In this document: positions 38,501-46,508 of the stretch, piece by piece
How positions within the stretch are numbered: position 1 is the stretch's first letter
How the letters are laid out: every line of letters starts with the position of its first letter
Assembly (NCBI GenBank): GCA_014360465.1
Contig: JACIXQ010000008.1
Span: 1 to 46,508, forward strand
DNA length: 46,508 nucleotides
Source of the DNA: a bacterium
Lineage (GTDB): Bacteria > Armatimonadota > JACIXR01
Direction: 5' to 3'
The notes under the pieces: model-generated
What the model saw: only the letters and a program-made list of their open reading frames with translations
Database searches by the model: none
Told to the model about the DNA's origin: nothing
Position numbers and translations under genes: made by a program

Positions 38501-39210
38501 CAGTAAAAGTCAGCGTTTCCTCCCTCAAGTATAAAGGCAATAGGGAAGGTGAAATTGAACTTCGCTGGGAAGCCTCCAAGCCCCTGCCCAAAGAAATGAT
38601 GGTTTTCGTCCATTTCGTTGATAAATCTGGCGAGATAATTTTCCAGGCTGACCATACCCCAACGATTCCAACAACCCAATGGCAGGGCATCATCAATACA
38701 AAAGGAAAATTCACTATCCCAGATAAGTATAAGGGTGGAGATGAATTTGAGATAAGGGTTGGGCTTTGGAGTCCCAGTTCGGGAGAGAGAGCTCTACTTG
38801 AAGGTTATGATGATGGCACAGCTCGTATAAGACTTGGAAAATTACAACTTGAAAGACAGGGTTCAGATATCACCTCTATCAGCTTTCAGCCGCTTGAGGA
38901 GAAAGAAGACCCCGTTTTAGCCCGCATGAATCCACAGGGTAAGATGATTGATTTCAACGGTATAATAACCAATGGCGCCTTCAAGCTAACAAAGGAGAAA
39001 GACGGTCTACACCTCGTTCCTCTACCTAACAGCCCTGAATTTGAGGCGAGAATCCACTGGAGCTCCTTACCCTGGCAAGTTGCCAAAGCACAAATTGTGG
39101 AGGAGATAGGCGAAACTGGAGAAGTTCTTAGAAGCTATCCTCTAAAGTGGGAAGGCGATTACGCAGTTTTGACGCATAACCCAGGAATATTCGCTTATAT
39201 TTTGAAATAA
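35539..39210 (+). CDS. very large secreted protein of unknown function (possible glycoside-hydrolase-like central region)
   Basis: The ORF track starts at GTG 35530. The ATG at 35539 with RBS AGAGG gives 'MQLPMFLFACILLLTIQLSAF', a signal peptide. About 1223 aa. No confident family. It sits directly downstream of galTK. Confidence 0.5.
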   Translation: MQLPMFLFACILLLTIQLSAFDPPIDTAGPLTARIDGPTEVQSIDKPFNVSVVLQNDGDESISGEVKIGLIDEWKAEPQHSSFNIEAKSKKTLEFKIIPSRETYNAHYPIHAFIDFHYKGKSFQAHPILILKTNIPNPPKPKIDIPWKPFEVHPNSAIAIWRLPVYRAVLRVFGEKPEVQPVGLSGVDPQTKASWSIGDRVLRGDIRETIGMHPPWFNNQVGTIFLEFPLKLPKAKKIILRFANAIRDNTAEEPPSDGVTFRVRVVPFTARDGEEGEIVYEKHTLAKVWAEGEADLSRFAGQTIRIQLESHPGPKNDTTCDQSYWAEPTLLVGDPPQKPVFPPSLTAPHRKLGNIQIDGSNYEVRIWEGKRGILDSTIGFISDSKILLFNGFKVKVLGDDLSDWRSTCSLKSVKKEEKDGHLIYTHNFTSWLGDLSLLSDIWLENGALRVKFVLNNVPPSRPWIVAYIEDVSLGEWNEEAIRVYAGDGNILVEPQAFNLWFDGHQLSTSFVGFDFANGVSLVEGVDSPPSYLEFTPQAHIYTLHTPHSQTISLIPAKSSWEAAKVWRNINGLKPAGGVPKLAGRFVFDLWGGTYKGTAEALERAFRYGLTDSIVVWHNWQRWGYDYRLPDIFPPNPQFGTLDEFLQLVETCKRYGVLFAPHDNYIDFYPDAEGFSYKRIAFNRDRTPVPAWFNEGRKAQSYRWRADQLMPFLRRNLHLIKESFAPTAYFIDVWSSICPYDYWTDDGKFFTRIYTRDVWRNAFAWIRDFLGDNAPQISESGHDQLIGWLDGGQTNHLRVDIPPPGYYSWAVWPIRCQDAERIPWYDTAHHSKFILHGAGYEPRYASGQDTRLHGIYSDDYIATEVLTGHPAMVPAPFGRDVVRKYYLLHDFARALALKDIENVEFYQGDIHKQVVKWNNGGLVWVNRGKEDWTIEGHILPQYGVYARIPSDAGLVEVSIERKDGVIVEWSRSPSSIYVNARPVVSERLPVKVSVSSLKYKGNREGEIELRWEASKPLPKEMMVFVHFVDKSGEIIFQADHTPTIPTTQWQGIINTKGKFTIPDKYKGGDEFEIRVGLWSPSSGERALLEGYDDGTARIRLGKLQLERQGSDITSISFQPLEEKEDPVLARMNPQGKMIDFNGIITNGAFKLTKEKDGLHLVPLPNSPEFEARIHWSSLPWQVAKAQIVEEIGETGEVLRSYPLKWEGDYAVLTHNPGIFAYILK

Positions 39211-39215
39211 AAAAG

Positions 39216-39249
39216 GGGGGCGGGCACTCTCCAAAGAGTGCCCGCCCAA
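39216..39249. terminator. bidirectional rho-independent terminator between convergent giant genes
   Basis: Perfect 12-bp stem GGGCGGGCACTC/GAGTGCCCGCCC with a 6-nt loop, flanked by an A-run on one side and a T-run on the other strand. Confidence 0.7.
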
Positions 39250-39253
39250 AATT

Positions 39254-42193
39254 CTATTTAGACACTATTTGCCAGAGGTCTATGCAATCTACAGCCACCG
39301 CTACTTTGCCATTCCAAAACACCCTTGTTTCAACAGCCCCACCAGGATGTTCAAAGGTTAAGCCGAATCGCCTGAACTGATTTAGCGGAAGTTTATCTAC
39401 AGAAAGAACACTTGAGCTGGTAACAGGGTTGCCACCCCCTACACAGGTATCAAGAGTTACCACTTCTCCCTGCCCCTCGCCCGTCCGCTTCAAGCGATAG
39501 AGAGCCAGATATCGTCCCTTATTCAGCGGCATATAGGGACCGAACACTATGTATATCCCACCAGCATCTCCGGGTTTTGCTGCCCAAACCGCTCCATTGC
39601 TTGCTTCAGGGTCGCTTTCCTTTCTGCCCGAATTATGAGCTAAATCCTCTGCTTCCAGATGGCGGACAAATTTCAAAGTCGCCCCGTGGGCTAAAGGAGT
39701 TGCTATTTCACTTGCTTTTATAAGCTGGATGGGAAATTTTTCTTCTATGGAAACATCCTTTCCTTTAACAACCAGCTTCAAATTCTCCCCCACCGGGGTT
39801 CCTTGAATTTCCACAGTCTGGGATTGAGCGGCCGAAAGGGAAAACCTTGTTTTGGATATCCTTAAATTCTTCAAGCCCTCTACACTTATCTCTCCCGACA
39901 AAGCGCTCTGGGATACATTCTGAAAAACTACGGAGAAAAGAAGAGGTTGCCCTTCTATGGCAACGAGAGTAGATGGTGCACGAATTAGAAGTTTCTCCTC
40001 TTCGCAATATCTCTTGTATAGAGAGGCAAGATGGTCTGGTCTTACCGCTACATACTCCGGTCCGAGTTGCTTGAGTATTTCCTCAAGCATCGGCAAATCA
40101 AAGAACCAGTTGCAGATAAATATATGTAGGAAAGCAGGACGCTCGGGAGGAGTTATGGAACGAACCTGTGCTACTATATTGGCTATCTGTTCCTCCCTCG
40201 TGGCGTTCTCACGCCAGCTTGTTACGGCATGGAAGACAGGCACATTTTTAGCTGTCATATACACTGCCTCGCTATACTCACTCAATCTCCTCCCGTAATC
40301 GGGGAAGATGGCTTTCAGATTGGGGATTCTTTCTGCATATCTGCTTATTAGCTCAGGGCGTGTCACACCCATTATCCACGCCATATCCAATCCCATCTTG
40401 TTCATATGCTCGGCGGTGATATCAAGAAACTCATCGTATACTTTAGCCCTCTCCCTGTAGCGTGTTGCATAGCTATCGGGATAGCAATAACCCACGCCGG
40501 ATACCGCAGCAAGAAAGCTATCATTGGGAGTAGCAGTTGAGTAATAGTAATCAACAACTGCAGGAATGAGAATGTGCGCGGAAGGAGAAATAGTCCAACC
40601 TATAGGGAATTGACCCCTCATTTTATCCTGCCAAAGCTGGGGGAAATTACCAACCGTTAAAACAGGCAGATTATCACCATCTGATATTATGAAAGAAACA
40701 TAAACCTTGTCCCTCTGGAGTTGGGGCACAGGAGGTGGAACCTGTTGAGCGAATTTCTGGTCGGGTATCCCTGAATGAACGCTCAAATTGGAACAATTTA
40801 TTGAACCGACAAGGAATTTGGCGAACTCCGAAAAGAGCGTGACACCTGGTCCTTCTCCCATTCCTACATCAACTCCTGCCCAGGGATAACCCATTATCGG
40901 TATGTTTGGAGGTGCCTTGGCCAGAAGGTTTTCAGCGAATCGCACCTCCTCTTCCGTGTTGGCGTAGGGCTCTGCTCCATCTATCCTGCCAGATATCCAG
41001 AAGATGAAAACCTTATTCTCAACGAGATAATCCCTCAACCACAAGTGGTCTGGATAGAGACAAGCGAGGACTTGATGGTTCATTTTATCCCACAGATTAT
41101 CAAGAGCCCATCTATAAGCGGAGACATTCGTCTTCCAGTGCCCTCGCAAATCCTCAACAATGGGTAGGTTCAACTCCTTAGATAAACGCGGGGAGACCAC
41201 CACCGCGTCCTCCAAGCTTGCCAGCATCGTCGCTATATTCTTCGTTGCGGGAAGACGCGGGTCAGTTATAATCATCCCTTTTATTCTCTCTGCAAATCGG
41301 TTTAAAAGCTCTTTTGGGTCGTCCACACCTTCTTTGCCCTTTATCCAACCACGCTTAATCATCCATTCCAGCCATTGCTCGTCTGTAGGATTCAAGAGAA
41401 GATATATTTTTGGCTTTTCCCTGTTCACTATACCTTGAAGAGTCACGAGCGCTAACTGCCAATCGCTGGAAAGCCTGCTTGCATCGCAGACGATTAGCGT
41501 TTCATCTGGCTGGGCGGAACGAGGAAAGAGCTGTGGGAAGGGACTATGTTTGGGAATGAAGACAAGATTGCGGGGTTCACCCGAGGGAACGGGCTGAGGA
41601 GCAAGTTTTCTCTGAAAGTCAGAAGGGTTACCACCTTCAACTTTATAAATATCTATCCTATCAACACGTAAGGGAGCGCTTCCATTCCAGCTAACTCGCC
41701 ATTCCAGCTTGCCGCCCTTATAGGAAAATGGTAAAGAAAAGAACCTATAACGGTTGATGGGAATGTCGGAACCATAGATAAGCTTGCTATTCAGTATGGT
41801 ACGGGCATAATCAACGCAAACATCAATGGTCGCCACTACCTCATCATCTGCATCTTCCAGCACCTTGAGACGGTAAAAGGCGACATAATCCCCTGGCGTG
41901 AGCTCAAGATATGGACCGAAAACGACCTGCTGACCTGTGTTTGAGTTCAGGGGATTAGCCTCCCAAGCCTTACCCTTGCTCGCTTCCTCATCCGAGACAG
42001 CCATACCACCATTATGTGAAAAGTCGCTCTCTGCTTCCAGAGACCTAATAAGGAGATATTTGCCCGCGGGAATGGCTTGGTTGGGAGCAAGCTCATCAAA
42101 GATAAATTGGGGCAATCCCTCTTCTGCAAAAGAAATAGCACCAAATAACAGCAAAATGATTCCAAGAAGAAAACGCTCTACCTTCATCGTCAA
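39254..42193 (-). CDS. large secreted protein with homologous N- and C-terminal about 150-aa domains flanking a central domain of unknown function
   Basis: 979 aa with a signal peptide. N-terminal 'VVFGPYLELTPGDYVAFYRLKV...RVDRIDIYKV' and C-terminal 'IVFGPYMPLNKGRYLALYRLKR...AVDCIDLWQI' are clearly paralogous. Confidence 0.55.
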   Translation of the reverse strand: MTMKVERFLLGIILLLFGAISFAEEGLPQFIFDELAPNQAIPAGKYLLIRSLEAESDFSHNGGMAVSDEEASKGKAWEANPLNSNTGQQVVFGPYLELTPGDYVAFYRLKVLEDADDEVVATIDVCVDYARTILNSKLIYGSDIPINRYRFFSLPFSYKGGKLEWRVSWNGSAPLRVDRIDIYKVEGGNPSDFQRKLAPQPVPSGEPRNLVFIPKHSPFPQLFPRSAQPDETLIVCDASRLSSDWQLALVTLQGIVNREKPKIYLLLNPTDEQWLEWMIKRGWIKGKEGVDDPKELLNRFAERIKGMIITDPRLPATKNIATMLASLEDAVVVSPRLSKELNLPIVEDLRGHWKTNVSAYRWALDNLWDKMNHQVLACLYPDHLWLRDYLVENKVFIFWISGRIDGAEPYANTEEEVRFAENLLAKAPPNIPIMGYPWAGVDVGMGEGPGVTLFSEFAKFLVGSINCSNLSVHSGIPDQKFAQQVPPPVPQLQRDKVYVSFIISDGDNLPVLTVGNFPQLWQDKMRGQFPIGWTISPSAHILIPAVVDYYYSTATPNDSFLAAVSGVGYCYPDSYATRYRERAKVYDEFLDITAEHMNKMGLDMAWIMGVTRPELISRYAERIPNLKAIFPDYGRRLSEYSEAVYMTAKNVPVFHAVTSWRENATREEQIANIVAQVRSITPPERPAFLHIFICNWFFDLPMLEEILKQLGPEYVAVRPDHLASLYKRYCEEEKLLIRAPSTLVAIEGQPLLFSVVFQNVSQSALSGEISVEGLKNLRISKTRFSLSAAQSQTVEIQGTPVGENLKLVVKGKDVSIEEKFPIQLIKASEIATPLAHGATLKFVRHLEAEDLAHNSGRKESDPEASNGAVWAAKPGDAGGIYIVFGPYMPLNKGRYLALYRLKRTGEGQGEVVTLDTCVGGGNPVTSSSVLSVDKLPLNQFRRFGLTFEHPGGAVETRVFWNGKVAVAVDCIDLWQIVSK

Positions 42194-42244
42194 TCATCTC
42201 CTTTTTTCAATTTTAAAGCCACAATAAAAAGCATTTCAAGGAAA

Positions 42245-43648
42245 CGCTCTTCCTCAAAAATAATTTACTCGAAAAGGGGTAGTTTCCTCAATAATAATGA
42301 TGACAAGAGGCAATCATCTCCTACAATTTATTCCTATAATGAACTTTCTAAAAGGAGGTGTAAGAAGATGATTGCCTCTATTCCGAAAGAAGTATACTCC
42401 CTTGAGAGTAAACGTGCAATAATAAAAGCGAATGCCAGCAGGTACAGACAAGCAACAAAGAAAGAGAAGACGCTTTTACTTAATGAGTTATGTACAATCC
42501 TATACTTGTCACGCTCTTATACTGCACGGCTCTTGAGGGGATGCGGTAAAGTGATATACTTCAAAGGGGTAAGATTTTTAGCGGAATGGGATAGCAGAAG
42601 TATACACAGGAGGGGAAGAAAAAAGATTTACTCGGAAGAGATAGTCCCTTATCTTTTGAAAATATGGAGAGTAGCGGGATACATCTCCTCTAAGCACTTA
42701 AGGGTTTACATTTCTGCAAACAGCGATAAGTTATTCTCCCATCCTGAATTAGTGTCCGCATCGGAGGAGATAAAGGAGAAACTACTGAAAATAAGTCCCG
42801 CTACAATAGATAGATTGCTCAAACCACATAGGTGGAAATTGAGAGCAAAGGGGAAATACAAAAGCAATCCCTTCAGCTCAAATGTTAAAAGAGCCGTTCC
42901 CACGGAAAGCTATTTTGATAAGAAAAAGGAAACCGGGGATATGGAAGTAGACATCCTCTACCATAGTGGGGAATCAGCAAAAGGAGAATTTTTCTTCACG
43001 CTTACCGCCACGGAGGTGACCACGGATTGGACAGAGTTGCGCCTTTTAAAGAATAAAGCTATGGTGTGGACTGTAGAGGCTTTGAAGAGCATCGTCAGTG
43101 ATATGCCTATAAATGTAAAGAGTATACACACGGATAACGGTTCAGAATTCTTGAACCATCATATGTATAGATTTTGCCAAGAGAAGGGTATAAAGTTTAG
43201 GCGTTCTCGTCCCTATCGCAAGAATGATGCTCCCTATGTAGAGAGCAAGAATTGGTCACTTGTTAGGCGTTATACAGGGTGGCGGCGATATGATTCGGAA
43301 GAAGAAGGCGAGATACTGAGAACACTTCTTTACCTTCTAAGTTTGAGGCACAACATTTTTACTCCTACGATAAAGACAAAGGGCAAGGTAAAGGAAGGTA
43401 ATAAGGTAAGAGTGCAAAAAGATATCAACACGCCATACAATAGGGTGTTAGAACTTTCCGAGGTGTCGGAGGAGACGAAAGAAAAACTAAAGGCAATGAG
43501 AGCTAATATAGACTTATTCGAACTATCAGAACGGATTGAGATGTTGGAAAAAAGACTTGACAAAGCATATCAAATAAAGGTAAGGAGGTATAACAATGAA
43601 TAAACGGAACAAGCTTTCAAAGCAATTTATTTTTGAGGAAAGACGAAT
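42245..43648 (+). mobile_element. insertion sequence (about 1.4 kb) with about 30-bp imperfect terminal inverted repeats and a single DDE transposase ORF
   Basis: Left end 42251-42277 is TCCTCAAAAATAATTTACTCGAAAAGG. The reverse complement of 43613-43639 is TCCTCAAAAATAAATTGCTTTGAAAGC. Similarity extends a few bp outward on both sides. Confidence 0.5.
42368..43603 (+). CDS. DDE (rve/integrase-core) transposase
   Basis: 411 aa with an N-terminal HTH-like region and 'IHTDNGSEF' in the integrase catalytic core. Strong RBS AAAGGAGG. Confidence 0.7.
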   Translation: MIASIPKEVYSLESKRAIIKANASRYRQATKKEKTLLLNELCTILYLSRSYTARLLRGCGKVIYFKGVRFLAEWDSRSIHRRGRKKIYSEEIVPYLLKIWRVAGYISSKHLRVYISANSDKLFSHPELVSASEEIKEKLLKISPATIDRLLKPHRWKLRAKGKYKSNPFSSNVKRAVPTESYFDKKKETGDMEVDILYHSGESAKGEFFFTLTATEVTTDWTELRLLKNKAMVWTVEALKSIVSDMPINVKSIHTDNGSEFLNHHMYRFCQEKGIKFRRSRPYRKNDAPYVESKNWSLVRRYTGWRRYDSEEEGEILRTLLYLLSLRHNIFTPTIKTKGKVKEGNKVRVQKDINTPYNRVLELSEVSEETKEKLKAMRANIDLFELSERIEMLEKRLDKAYQIKVRRYNNE

Positions 43649-43836
43649 TATGTAAAATCCCAAGCGCATTTGAGCAATAAAAAGATTATCAAATTCGTTC
43701 AATCACTATATTCATATTATACGCTCCTCTGGTATTGCCTGTTTTAACCTCTTCTTTATCTTCCTCATAGCCGAATACCCCTAAGAAATTCTGGCAAATA
43801 TGTCTATTAAAACATCTCAAATTATGAAGGATTAAT

Positions 43837-43865
43837 TTGACTTTTTTTCCCTTTAGTGCTACTAT
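43837..43865 (+). promoter_or_regulatory. putative sigma70 promoter for the DUF1559 pseudopilin gene (-35 TTGACT, 17-bp spacer, -10 TACTAT)
   Basis: Hexamers and spacing read directly. Followed by RBS AAGGAGGA and the GTG start. Confidence 0.35.
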
Positions 43866-43898
43866 TTTTCAAAAAATAACACAAAGGAGGAAGTATTT

Positions 43899-44630
43899 GT
43901 GAAGAGAAATGGCTTCACCCTCATAGAGCTCTTGGTAGTAATAGCTATAATCGCCATCCTTGCAGCGATCCTTTTTCCCGTTTTCAGCAAGGCAAGGGAA
44001 AAAGCGAGGGAGGTTAACTGCACGAGCAATATGCGCCAAGTTGGTTTGGCTCTTAGAATGTATCTTCAGGATTGGGATGAGCGATATCCACCTGCTTCTC
44101 TATGGAAAACCCGTCTTCAACCCTATATGAAAAGCACCGATTTATTCCGTTGCCCCAGCAGACCTCAGTTACCCTGGTATTACGGGCACGGCTATAATAT
44201 CGGATATGCTGGAGTTTATCCACCTGTCTATGGCTTTGTAGAGTTGACATCCATTTTACCCAATGGCATTCCAAATCCAAACGCACCGGGCAGAAGCGAT
44301 GCCTCTATTGTTTCACCTTCAATGAAGATATTCGCTCCAGAATGGGATAGATGCAATTCTGGACCACCAGTTGGTCCGGTAGGGCTTTTTCACGGAGGGG
44401 CAACATCCTACTGGGCTGTCTGCCGTGTGCACAATGGTGGGTCAAATGTTCTTTTCGCTGATGGACATGTTAAATGGATGAGACCAGAACAGTATCATAG
44501 TAGAGCTGACCATATAGATGCTAATGGCATTCCAGTAGATGAAAATGGCAATCCCATAGGTCCCGAGGCTGTAGTTCCGGAAAATATTTGGAGAACCTAT
44601 TGGGACACAAACTACGAACCTGTCCAATGA
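43899..44630 (+). CDS. prepilin-type N-terminal cleavage/methylation domain protein with DUF1559 (H-X9-DG) domain
   Basis: 243 aa, GTG start. '[29 protein letters not shown]' is a class III signal peptide. The C-terminal '[14 protein letters not shown]' is the H-X9-DG motif. Confidence 0.8.
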   Translation: MKRNGFTLIELLVVIAIIAILAAILFPVFSKAREKAREVNCTSNMRQVGLALRMYLQDWDERYPPASLWKTRLQPYMKSTDLFRCPSRPQLPWYYGHGYNIGYAGVYPPVYGFVELTSILPNGIPNPNAPGRSDASIVSPSMKIFAPEWDRCNSGPPVGPVGLFHGGATSYWAVCRVHNGGSNVLFADGHVKWMRPEQYHSRADHIDANGIPVDENGNPIGPEAVVPENIWRTYWDTNYEPVQ

Positions 44631-45136
44631 AAGCATTCCAATGGTCTGTTAGAGAAATAGCAAGAGCGAGTTTCTTAGCCGCTTTGGGGATTGCCCTTCC
44701 CTATCTTTTCCATCTTATTGGCGCGGGAAAGATATTCCTTCCAATGCATATCCCCATTGCCCTTGGTGGATTTCTTTTGCCTCCCACCCTTGCTGGCTTC
44801 CTTGGAGGAGTCGTCCCCTTTCTTTCCTCCGTCTTAACCGGAATGCCTCCCATCGTTCCGACAATGCCCCTGATGGTGCTTGAATTAACTGGATTAGGTT
44901 TTACAACTTCTATACTCTATAGACGGTTGAAAGCTGGTATTTGGTTAAGCCTTATAGGCGGATTAATTGGTGATAGGATTGTACTTGGCTTTGCTGCCTT
45001 TCTTTTAGGGAAATGGCTTGAAATCAAATCCCCCATTGGTTATGTCGCTGGTGCAGTAGCTACAGGCTTCCCCGGCATCCTTTTGCAACTCATTCTTATA
45101 CCTCCTATAATTTATTACTATGAGAAGCGAAACTGA
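44627..45136 (+). CDS. ECF-transporter substrate-specific (S) component-like small membrane protein
   Basis: The ATG at 44627 overlaps the pseudopilin stop (ATGA); the ORF track extends upstream to 44588. About 170 aa, 5-6 TM helices. Directly upstream of the EcfT-EcfA gene. Confidence 0.4.
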   Translation: MKAFQWSVREIARASFLAALGIALPYLFHLIGAGKIFLPMHIPIALGGFLLPPTLAGFLGGVVPFLSSVLTGMPPIVPTMPLMVLELTGLGFTTSILYRRLKAGIWLSLIGGLIGDRIVLGFAAFLLGKWLEIKSPIGYVAGAVATGFPGILLQLILIPPIIYYYEKRN

Positions 45137-46406
45137 TAAACCACCCATATATTTCCTCGCTTTGCCTTTTTTCCTGCTCATCCCGTTCCTTCTTCCCCTT
45201 CCAATGGAATTAATCCTCTTTTTTCTCTTCTTTTCCGCCGGCTGGGTCATCGTTTACGGTGTGAGATGGGAATGGCTCAAGAAAAGACTCGTTCCATTTC
45301 TCATATCTCTCGCTTCTTTGACCGTTTTCTCCCTTTTACTTGGTGCTGATATCAACAAATCGCTCGAACTCGCCGTCCGTTGTTTAGGGGCTTTTCTTGC
45401 TTTTTCCTTGCTCACTGCCCGCATTACCCCGAACGATGTGCTGAAACTTTTTTCTAAAGATAGAAAACCCTCCGCCTTTGCCTTATTTTTTTATTTGATT
45501 TATCGTTACCTCTTTCTTGTAGTGGAGGAAGGAGAGAAGATGTTGCGCTCAGCTCGGGCAAGAGGAGGTGGTCGGAAAAGCTTTTTAGGAAAACCTTTGA
45601 AGCTGTTCATTAACTATATCTTGAGAGTATTGCGAAGGAGCGAGAGAGTGGCATTGGCGATTGAAGCGAAAGGTTGGGAAGGTACAGATTCAACCTCCTT
45701 ACTCAAAGACGATATTCTATTAGAAAATGTTTCCTATACCTATCCAGATGGAAAGCAAGCGCTGAAGGGAATAAATATAAGAATTCAAAGAGGAGAAAAA
45801 ATCGCCATTTTAGGAGCAAATGGAGCGGGCAAATCCACACTCCTATGGATATTAGGTGGCTTTCTAACACCACTGGGCAAAGTCGAGATCTTCGGAGTGG
45901 AAGTCAAAAAAGAGAACCTTCCATATCTTAGAAAAATTGTGGGAATCGTATTTGAAGACCCTGATGACCAGTTATTGATGCCAACCGTTCTTGAGGATAT
46001 AGCCTTCGGTCTATTAAATCTGGGGTACAAAAGAATGGAAGCAGAGCAATTGGCGAAGGAGCAACTGAAAATTTTCGGTCTTGAAGGTTACGAGTATAGC
46101 CATCCTCATAACCTATCGCAAGGAGAAAAAAGAAAAGCAACCCTTGCTGGAGTGCTTGTTATGAAACCAAAGCTTCTCCTTCTGGACGAACCAAGCGCAA
46201 ACTTGGATGCTATAGCTCGAAAAGAGTTGATAGAGATACTTAGTAAAATTGACACAACCAGCCTCATAGCTACTCACGACATTGAACTTGTAAGCAAAAT
46301 CTGTGATAGAGCAATCGTTCTCCAAAAGGGCGAGGTCGTTTACGATGGTTCAATGGATGCTTTACTCAAGGAAAGGAAAAAACTTGAAGATTGGGGGATA
46401 ATATAG
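45120..46406 (+). CDS. fused ECF transporter T component (CbiQ/EcfT) + ABC ATPase (CbiO/EcfA)
   Basis: 428 aa. The N-terminal half is hydrophobic, with an 'ARARGGG' EcfT-type loop. The C-terminal half has Walker A 'GANGAGKST', signature 'LSQGEKRK' and Walker B 'LLLLDEP'. Confidence 0.65.
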   Translation: MRSETDKPPIYFLALPFFLLIPFLLPLPMELILFFLFFSAGWVIVYGVRWEWLKKRLVPFLISLASLTVFSLLLGADINKSLELAVRCLGAFLAFSLLTARITPNDVLKLFSKDRKPSAFALFFYLIYRYLFLVVEEGEKMLRSARARGGGRKSFLGKPLKLFINYILRVLRRSERVALAIEAKGWEGTDSTSLLKDDILLENVSYTYPDGKQALKGINIRIQRGEKIAILGANGAGKSTLLWILGGFLTPLGKVEIFGVEVKKENLPYLRKIVGIVFEDPDDQLLMPTVLEDIAFGLLNLGYKRMEAEQLAKEQLKIFGLEGYEYSHPHNLSQGEKRKATLAGVLVMKPKLLLLDEPSANLDAIARKELIEILSKIDTTSLIATHDIELVSKICDRAIVLQKGEVVYDGSMDALLKERKKLEDWGII

Positions 46407-46423
46407 ATATAATCAATAGTGTT

Positions 46424-46508
46424 ATGAAAGAGAAAGTTGTTAGATTCAGCGTATCTGTGTATCCTGAATTATTGAAGAAATTTGACAAATTTATCGAAGA
46501 AAAGGGTT
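46424..46508 (+). CDS. NikR-like ribbon-helix-helix nickel-responsive regulator (5' fragment, truncated by window end)
   Basis: 'MKEKVVRFSVSVYPELLKKFDKFIEEKG' matches the NikR N-terminal RHH ('RFSVSLPxxLLxxFD'). Confidence 0.4.
   Translation, partial: MKEKVVRFSVSVYPELLKKFDKFIEEKG

Noticed and set aside
42197-42323. 12-mer CAATCATCTCCT occurs twice (42197-42208 and 42312-42323). Considered it as a target-site duplication for the IS.
   Set aside because: Both copies lie on the same (left) side of the element. The first is simply the RBS/start context of the minus-strand 979-aa gene. Not a TSD.

Overview
This window holds about 36 protein-coding genes, no rRNA/tRNA/CRISPR, and one IS element. 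The sequence is compact and bacterial, roughly 47-48% GC.

Taxonomy: a prepilin-type DUF1559 (H-X9-DG) pseudopilin and an aldolase-based microcompartment locus suggest a PVC-superphylum or Armatimonadota-like origin. This is inference, not a confirmed call.

Genes, left to right:
- a glycerate kinase / CCA-adding enzyme / PHP hydrolase operon on the minus strand, with a stand-alone PTS EIIB-domain protein
- a ModA/ModB-like transporter pair with no ATPase gene beside it
- dnaE, whose conserved N-terminal 'MSFVHL' is encoded in a different frame from the rest of the gene
- a YmdB-like phosphoesterase and a LysE exporter
- a 10-gene minus-strand bacterial microcompartment (BMC) operon, 10805-17768 (described below)
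- a plus-strand envelope operon: a giant M28-like ectodomain fused to an FtsX/MacB-type permease, an OPT-like transporter, a Gfo/Idh/MocA oxidoreductase and an M48 peptidase
- an alkaline-phosphatase-superfamily membrane protein with inverted topology
- a GuaB3-type IMPDH homologue paired with a PurM-like protein
- mutL, galT and galK, followed by two very large convergent secreted proteins separated by a perfect bidirectional terminator
- an IS element with a DDE transposase and about 30-bp imperfect inverted repeats
- a DUF1559 pseudopilin, an ECF transporter with a fused T-A component, and the start of a NikR-like regulator

The BMC operon is the most interesting feature. It encodes a class II aldolase with a C-terminal encapsulation peptide, two BMC-H shell proteins, one BMC-P vertex protein, a CoA-acylating aldehyde dehydrogenase with an N-terminal encapsulation peptide, a third encapsulation-peptide-bearing protein of unknown function, PduS-like and PduT-like Fe-S electron-transfer proteins, an AmmeMemoRadiSam/PflX-type radical SAM enzyme, and a 106-aa unknown. 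It lacks PduL, an alcohol dehydrogenase and any glycyl radical enzyme. It looks like an undescribed variant of the fucose/rhamnose-type metabolosome that carries its own radical SAM maturase and electron conduit.
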